A stretch of DNA of 64,000 nt, taken from assembly GCA_002382735.1 (NCBI GenBank), contig DFZN01000039.1:24548-88547 (forward strand), in the 5' to 3' direction. Below, piece by piece: positions 59,101 through 64,000 of the stretch; the first letter of the stretch is position 1, and every line of letters starts with the position of its first letter. The notes beneath the pieces are model-generated. The model was not told where the DNA came from, did not search any database, and saw nothing but the letters and a program-made list of their open reading frames with translations. A program made the position numbers and the translations under genes. This DNA is from a bacterium UBP11_UBA4055 (lineage in GTDB: Bacteria; UBA4055).

Positions 59101-59679
59101 CGGAGGGAAAATATCAATGCCCATATAAGGTGAAAGAGCGAAATCGATCACCCACTCGAATCTTTCACCGCCGCTGTTGAACTCGTTCCACGCGCCCGGA
59201 GCTCCAAAATAGCTGTGTGTTGATTCAACTACATCAGAAGAAATAAGCCTGGGGTTTCCGCCGCTCAAAGGCACAACGGAGATCCAGAAATCGTTCTTCA
59301 GAACAAGCGCTGGATCAATAGAGGCGATGTTATAGTAATCATCGGCTGCTGTCCCTACCGGAGATTCCCACAGAAGTGTTGATCCGTCAGTGTCATAGAC
59401 TCTGTACATGTAGTCGAAACCGGGGTCATACAGGTACGAATCAATCGCGTTAAGGTTTATCGGATACTCCAGTCCGAATTCATCCACATTGATTTTTACT
59501 GCTCTCTCTGCTGCTACACCCCATATATATTTGTAGCCGGGATAGTAGCCGTACCACAAAGTGTCTTTTGCCGCGATCTCAGGTCTGACATCAGAGATCT
59601 TCTCTTTCGTGCTGTACCAGTCCATCGCGAAAATGCCTGTTGCAAGAAGCACAAGCATCATGGTGATTAGTTTTTTCAT
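56155..59679 (-). CDS. Large secreted protein with a T9SS (Por-type, type A) C-terminal sorting domain
   Basis: Signal peptide MKKLITMMLVLLATGIFA. The last ~85 aa, …LKQNYPNPFNPATTINFNLAKDAKVSLVVYDVMGRKVADLV…SGVYYYTLKAGEVNQTKKMMLIK, match the T9SS type A sorting-domain consensus (NYPNPFNP…VYD..GR.V…SGVYfY.L…K.vl.K). The ~1080-aa passenger region belongs to no family I can name. Confidence 0.8.
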   Translation of the reverse strand: MKKLITMMLVLLATGIFAMDWYSTKEKISDVRPEIAAKDTLWYGYYPGYKYIWGVAAERAVKINVDEFGLEYPINLNAIDSYLYDPGFDYMYRVYDTDGSTLLWESPVGTAADDYYNIASIDPALVLKNDFWISVVPLSGGNPRLISSDVVESTHSYFGAPGAWNEFNSGGERFEWVIDFALSPYMGIDIFPPLLRDITGFENFEGFDATVTLTVQDQSPVNSPMLGQYDIGAGWINFDVTQAKGTYTFVGTIPGQPDGTTANVRFFMEDSEANSAWSDIYQVMWSRDLPLLSEGFEGDFPPAGWTLDTVGSGFVKATSAEGALIHTGKAVLCHWDTEFDNADWIWSPVITIPAVNFCTVSFWQSSYWTSYYELHRMVVSTDGGATYDVLYEGFPPEEEPDYSPWEQIFASLAAYAGMDIQVGFYYQGNYMDQWFVDDVLVQYDYSGPEIVSLVGNEALLPVIGAYVNNELIINATVFDLSGVASVIGHYSFDGGITVVDLPFAKAKSGNELWTATIPAEAAAVTGTINFDMADIGGLVSPTTADYPIEFVTDIDPPVIKSVNNRLVFLNEPMNLEVIFEDESAITSCTGYFTTNQSSWYKFELTPAKIHEYTYLGTIPAQATEVFDNGFVYFEIADEAGNVLTTDQYQVQWLDGQQEVFEDFESGLGNWGVTGNWGLEVGTYTSATNALTESPYGDYTVGNTSFAMWANPMDWSLYYGADIAFWCKYDIEAGFDYMYFQGTGDNGMTWITLATWDGEGVDWHEERISMDAFVGQNQVSFRFYFISDGTAGGSSAYEVNGMYIDDITLNTYNADYAGPTIIADPYAPLFYEGALAEYTDAIQVIDISGVAGLRVDYSVDGAAEEFVLGTDTGAGNMWSFTIPLQAAGSQVNYRFTAVDLSPRGNQSEKGVYKYFAGDHKIYDAGIVSYYMTLDGAAWAEKISIGGEWWFADLTTALIRNYCDASHISADMVFHVWEDNAGVPGDDMIVPFDVTAEASPTNTSAMTRIDLRPYGLRPNGDFWIGITAPYGIVYSTMESTDETGTTAYQRSFTGSYNGTSWDWTLQALDNWHFRAVIGETSGIEENNVPSVTELKQNYPNPFNPATTINFNLAKDAKVSLVVYDVMGRKVADLVNKNMVSGSHKVSFDASNLVSGVYYYTLKAGEVNQTKKMMLIK

Positions 59680-59824
59680 TAATTTTCCTCCATAATTGGT
59701 TAATGTTTGCTCGAATCTTATTTCTCATCAGCCTTTCCAGACTTTGGAGTTGCTCTGATAATTTATCACACAAATCTGAATAAGTCAATCAAAAAAAAAT
59801 ATTTTTTGTTAATTATTCCCGGTT

Positions 59825-60535
59825 TCAGTCCGTTTGGAACACACCGTTCGGATCGAGCTCCAGTATCAGATTCTTGTATATCCTGCCTTCCGGAATTCTG
59901 TAATTTTGAGCTGATATATCCTTTATTTCAACAGTTTTACAACTTCCGTCTTCCGACGGGAACAGCCTGAGAGTTAATGAAGTGATCACTCCGAACTTCC
60001 CCATGCTGCCCGCCATGAACTTAATAAGATCATAACCTGCAACATTCTTGAGTGTCCTCGAACCGTACCTGATCAGAGTACCGTCAGCAGTAATAAATTC
60101 GATCCCCGTAAAAAAATTTGTGACGCAGCTGTCATTCTTCAGGGATGAAAATATTCCTCCGAAAGTTCTTTTATCGCCTATACTGCCGATGTTTAAAGGA
60201 AAAGTGATGCCTTCAGATGTCAGCTTGCCGAATTCCGTTTTCCATATGCAGCCCGCCTGAAACTCCGCGAACATATTCGTTTTGTCAACATACACTACCG
60301 AATTCACCCTTCGCGTGGAAAGAAAGACAGAATTTTCTGAGTGTCTGAACGATTCGTCAAAAGTCGATCCGCTGCCGATCACAACTATCTTTATCCCGAA
60401 CCTGTTGGCGGTCTTGATTATCCTTGCCATTGTATCTGTGTCGTCCGGAAAAATAACAAAAGAATCTCCGGCTGTCTGATAGTTCTTATGCTCGAGAAGA
60501 GAGATAAGTTTGTTCCTGTTATTCGGTGAAAGCAT
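59825..60535 (-). CDS. FAD-binding (PCMH-type, FAD_binding_4) domain protein; short, possibly a stand-alone domain
   Basis: …DTMARIIKTANRFGIKIVVIGSGSTF… resembles the FAD-binding domain of GlcE/MurB-type oxidoreductases. At 236 aa it lacks the C-terminal substrate-binding domain. Confidence 0.45.
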   Translation of the reverse strand: MLSPNNRNKLISLLEHKNYQTAGDSFVIFPDDTDTMARIIKTANRFGIKIVVIGSGSTFDESFRHSENSVFLSTRRVNSVVYVDKTNMFAEFQAGCIWKTEFGKLTSEGITFPLNIGSIGDKRTFGGIFSSLKNDSCVTNFFTGIEFITADGTLIRYGSRTLKNVAGYDLIKFMAGSMGKFGVITSLTLRLFPSEDGSCKTVEIKDISAQNYRIPEGRIYKNLILELDPNGVFQTD

Positions 60536-60919
60536 CTACTGTATCTTTCCGAGGTGAGTTCTTATTTCCGAAATGATCTTTTTTATTCTGTCGCATTTAC
60601 CTGCGTTCAATACAAGTTTGGGGCGTCTCGATTCATTGACTGTTCTTATAAAATCTTCGGGGTTCATATCGGGTTTCCAGTCCGCAAGTATCGCCTGAGC
60701 CTTCTTTATCGATCTTTTTTCGTCTTTAAGTATCGTTCTTATCCGGAATAGCGTCTGAATGTCGTTAAGATCGAATTTTCTTTTTGATGTTCCTGTCCTC
60801 TTTGACGGTTTGAGCGCAGAAAAATACTTTTCCCAATACCTTATCGTCGAAGGATTGAGTCCTAGTATCGAGGAAACTTCTCCTATCGTGTAGTAAAGTC
60901 TTTCTTTAACCAAATCCAA
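60536..60919 (-). CDS. MerR-family transcriptional regulator
   Basis: The N-terminal helix-turn-helix is YTIGEVSSILGLNPSTIRYWEKYF. Length is 127 aa. Confidence 0.7.
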   Translation of the reverse strand: MDLVKERLYYTIGEVSSILGLNPSTIRYWEKYFSALKPSKRTGTSKRKFDLNDIQTLFRIRTILKDEKRSIKKAQAILADWKPDMNPEDFIRTVNESRRPKLVLNAGKCDRIKKIISEIRTHLGKIQ

Positions 60920-60975
60920 TTCCGTTCTCCAAATATTGCTCTATTGCCGATTTGCCTCATCCAAATATATCCACT

Positions 60976-62127
60976 TTACTGAGCTTTGTCAATATTTTTA
61001 CAGAGATTTTTCAGCATTTCGGCGGAGTTCTGTATATTTCCTGTTCCGGCAGCCTTTTTTGTATTTTCAGACAGGATCGACCTTAACGGTCTGAAGTTGT
61101 TTATAAAGCACAGCAGATCGGAGAGAGACTTTTCATCGGGTCCGCACACTCTGCCCACATTGAACTCCTCGCAGTAATGCTTAATATCTCCTACATCGGT
61201 CGAGATCACAGGCGTACGGGTCTGCATGGCCTCCCAGAATACAACAGGCATGCTTTCACTTCTTGAGCTTATTACAAGATAGTCCGATCCTGAAAGAACA
61301 TCCGATATCTCAGAAGCATTCTTCATGCCGAGAAAGCGAACTTTACCGGACAGTCCGTTGCTTTCGACAGCACTCTCCAGTTCGGCTCTCATGCTTCCGT
61401 CACCCACGACCTTAACCTCAAGATCGCTTATCTTTGATAAAATGAGCGCGGAGATCAGCAGGTCGGGTCCTTTTATTTTTTCCAGCCTTCCGATGAAGGA
61501 GAGCTTCAGCTTCGATTCAGCTTTGTAAACGACTGATGAAGGAGGAAGCTTTCTGCCTGTGTAAAGGATCGAACTTTTTGCGTTGAATATTTTTTTTATT
61601 TCACCGGAGTTGTGAAGGCTGTTCGTAAATACCATGTCTGCTTGTGTGAGAATTTTCTTTAATATAAACTTGAACAGAGTTTTTTTACTGTAAACGCTCA
61701 CATCTGACCCTAAAGCCCATACAGCAGTTTTGTGTTTTGTGTTCGCACCATAACTCCAGATGCCTGAAGGAACTATCCAGCAGTTCAGGATCAGATCGAA
61801 ATCATTATCTTTCATCAGCTCTTTGAACTTTTTCCTTCCCTTAAGGATCAGAGATAGAACAGAAAATATATTTTTAAACGAACTCAGCTTTATATCCGAA
61901 AATCTTTCCGATCCGCCTTTCCAGTCGAAATAAACTAGTTCCGCTCCCGATCTTTCAAGAAAATCACTATCCCTTTCACCCTCCATTTTCTGGGTAAGTA
62001 AAGTCACTTTTACGCCGAGTTGTTTTAAGGCTATACAGAGGTCATAAATAAAATTTCCGGGTATATCTGACGGACTTAACGGGAAGCAGTGAGTCAGAAT
62101 AAGTATCTTCGGATCATTTTCCGTCAT
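60976..62127 (-). CDS. Glycosyltransferase, GT4 family (GT-B fold)
   Basis: The C-terminal segment is ISSRSESMPVVFWEAMQTRTPVISTDVGD (the E-x7-E-like motif region). Length is 383 aa. Confidence 0.75.
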   Translation of the reverse strand: MTENDPKILILTHCFPLSPSDIPGNFIYDLCIALKQLGVKVTLLTQKMEGERDSDFLERSGAELVYFDWKGGSERFSDIKLSSFKNIFSVLSLILKGRKKFKELMKDNDFDLILNCWIVPSGIWSYGANTKHKTAVWALGSDVSVYSKKTLFKFILKKILTQADMVFTNSLHNSGEIKKIFNAKSSILYTGRKLPPSSVVYKAESKLKLSFIGRLEKIKGPDLLISALILSKISDLEVKVVGDGSMRAELESAVESNGLSGKVRFLGMKNASEISDVLSGSDYLVISSRSESMPVVFWEAMQTRTPVISTDVGDIKHYCEEFNVGRVCGPDEKSLSDLLCFINNFRPLRSILSENTKKAAGTGNIQNSAEMLKNLCKNIDKAQ

Positions 62128-63064
62128 TTTTCTTTTTTTCTATCCTGTTTTTTAGGTTCTCAACTTCCGATCTCAGCGAAACGACCAGCTCGGCGATAAA
62201 ACCTGTAACGAAAAGCTGAACTCCGGCAATTATCAGTGTAGTGAATAAAGTGAACAGCGGTCTTATCTGAGTTTGAGTCGTAAAATAATATATTGCCAGA
62301 AAAATTAGTCCGAGAACGCCTGCAGCCATGGCTAATGTTCCCATTAAGGAAAAGAACTGCATCGGCTTTGATCCGAACACCATATTGAATTTTACTACCA
62401 GAACATCGATCAAAGATATTGGGAACCGCATCAGTCCGAACTTGGATCTTCCGTACCTTCTCGGGTGCCATTTTGTTTTTACTTCACCTATCCTGTAGCC
62501 TTTGTTCGCCGCCATCATCACTATGAACCTGTGCCAGTCCGACCTTAACTCAAGATCATCCAGAACACATCTTCTGAAACCTTTGATCCAGTTCATATCG
62601 TGGACTTTCACATCGAAAAGGTTTCTCGAAACGACATTGTATATTTTTGAAGCCAGCATCTTGCCGTCGTTCCGGCCTTGCCTCCATCCCGTCACAAGAT
62701 CATACCCTTCTTCAAGTTTCTTCAGAAGGAGAGGAACATCCTCTTCAGGATCACATTCCAGATCTCCTGGAAGGAACAGTACCAATTCACCTTTGCATTC
62801 AGGGAACCCTGTCCTCATAGCCTCTGTCAGTCCCAAGTTTTTCTTATGCGACAATGATCTTATAAAATCATATTTTCTTTTTCCTTCTTCGATCTTTCCG
62901 GCAGTATTGTCGGTCGAACCGTCGTTAACGATGATCAGTTCGTAACTGTGAGAATGATCATTTTCAGCTATTCGGCTGATCTTTTCGAACAAGTCCGGAA
63001 TATTCCCTTCTTCGTTGTATGCGGGAATGAATATAGATACCAGATTATTCTGATTGTTTTCCAT
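62114..63064 (-). CDS. Glycosyltransferase, GT2 family (polyprenyl-phosphate sugar synthase-like) with C-terminal transmembrane helices
   Basis: SIFIPAYNEEGNI; LIIVNDGSTDNT; DLECDPEED. Two C-terminal transmembrane segments. The start is trimmed to MENNQNN (63064). Confidence 0.75.
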   Translation of the reverse strand: MENNQNNLVSIFIPAYNEEGNIPDLFEKISRIAENDHSHSYELIIVNDGSTDNTAGKIEEGKRKYDFIRSLSHKKNLGLTEAMRTGFPECKGELVLFLPGDLECDPEEDVPLLLKKLEEGYDLVTGWRQGRNDGKMLASKIYNVVSRNLFDVKVHDMNWIKGFRRCVLDDLELRSDWHRFIVMMAANKGYRIGEVKTKWHPRRYGRSKFGLMRFPISLIDVLVVKFNMVFGSKPMQFFSLMGTLAMAAGVLGLIFLAIYYFTTQTQIRPLFTLFTTLIIAGVQLFVTGFIAELVVSLRSEVENLKNRIEKKKNDGK

Positions 63065-63200
63065 ACCGTCAGTTCCTCTGTTTGCGTTAAGTGTAAATTT
63101 AACTAAATACTGTCGCTTGAGCAATATATAATTATATGAATAAAGACATTGTTTTTGTATTTTAATATGCGTATATTTGTTCAAAAATTGTGGAGTTTTC

Positions 63201-64000
63201 TATGAAAAAAATATTAGCGGTCATCTTCTCTGTAGCCTGTATCACGCTCTTTGCGGGAGATATAAAACTGACTGACAGTTCAAAAACAGGGTACAGGATA
63301 ATTTCTGAGAATCCTGACGGATTTACGATCGAATTTTCGGTTAGTGAGGTGTCTTACACTCCCGTCATGACAGAAAAAGGTGAGTTCGTTAAGATCGGTT
63401 TCAGCGGATCACAAAACTCGCATAATATCGGCGGACCTGACCTGCCTGTTTTCAGAGAGCTCACAGGCTTTCCTGAAGGATCTGAACCTTCTGTCAAAAT
63501 TTTATCATACGATGAAAAAGAGATATTTCTTGGCGACTTCGGAATAAGCTCAAAGATATATCCTTCACAGCCGGGATATTCAAAAAGCTCCAAACCTGAA
63601 GACAGGAAATTCATATACAGCGAAAATGCCTATGATTCCAAATCTTATATAGCTTCCGGATCCGCTTCGATCACGAAAAGCGGAAACATGAGAGGCGTTG
63701 ATATCGGTGTGCTTGAGATCAGACCAATGACCTATAATCCTTCAGCGAACTCTTTAATTATCCGTACAAATATTAAAGCGGAAATTACATACAACGGAAG
63801 CGGAAACGAACTTTACACAAAGATGGCTGAGAATTATTCGCCGTTCTTTGAGAATGCGTTCTCGAAACTGATAAACATTAAGAACAGTCCCGCGAAAAGC
63901 GATCTTGTACAGTATCCGGTTAACTATCTTATACTGGCTAACGCAAACCTTGACGGTAACGCCAAACTGCAGGAATTTATTGACTGGAAGACTCAGAAAG
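63201..64000 (+). CDS. Gingipain-like C25-family cysteine peptidase (N-terminal propeptide and start of the catalytic domain); 3' end runs off the window
   Basis: Signal peptide MKKILAVIFSVACITLFA. The ORF is open to the window end. …VQYPVNYLILANANLDGNAKLQEFIDWKTQK matches the C25 pattern (DYLIIt…l..la.WKtqKG). It is not in the ORF track because there is no stop codon inside the window. Confidence 0.6.

Noticed and set aside
1-64000. A CRISPR array, a cas gene, a transposase, an integrase or an obvious prophage
   Set aside because: I scanned intergenic and AT-rich segments for regularly spaced short direct repeats and found none. No ORF has transposase (DDE or HUH) or integrase (tyrosine or serine recombinase) motifs. 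The tail-fibre-like genes carry signal peptides and lack flanking phage structural genes.

Overview
This is a 64 kb chromosomal window from a low-GC bacterium, mostly coding and with many short overlaps between adjacent genes. One large secreted protein carries a T9SS (Por-type) C-terminal sorting domain, and the window encodes many secreted proteases (M16, S8, M18, TldD/PmbA, a C25 gingipain-like peptidase). Together these suggest an FCB-superphylum or Cloacimonadota-like protein-degrading organism; this is inference. Housekeeping content: polA, recJ, leuS, nth, lnt, thiI, a TrmH-family methyltransferase, nif3 plus a COG1579 zinc-ribbon gene, floA-nfeD, tldD-pmbA, and two glycosyltransferases. 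There is also a complete thiamine operon (thiS-thiG-thiH-thiE-thiC) preceded by a TPP riboswitch. RNA genes not present in the ORF track: an RNase P RNA (rnpB, type A, minus strand, ~25343-25686) lying under two spurious plus-strand ORFs, and a tRNA-Met(CAT) at 27616-27689 (minus). Accessory content sits in three places. (i) A defence islet at the 5' end holds a partial DUF4160 gene, a 1615-aa Type ISP-like single-chain restriction-modification enzyme (Mrr nuclease, SF2 helicase, gamma-class N6A methyltransferase, target-recognition domain) and an overlapping MazE/MazF-like toxin-antitoxin pair. The pair is bracketed by a ~78-bp direct duplication of the RM gene's 3' end. (ii) A surface-protein cluster at 11.6-22.5 kb holds a GLUG-repeat protein, two tandem beta-helix tail-fibre-like paralogs with ~90% identical 5' nucleotide segments plus a decayed third copy, and a 1223-aa tandem nucleotide cyclase-STAND NTPase-TPR protein. 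(iii) A small AT-rich islet between thiC and lnt holds an ORF split by an A8 homopolymer and a RelE/ParE-family toxin-antitoxin pair. I found no CRISPR array, transposase or integrase.
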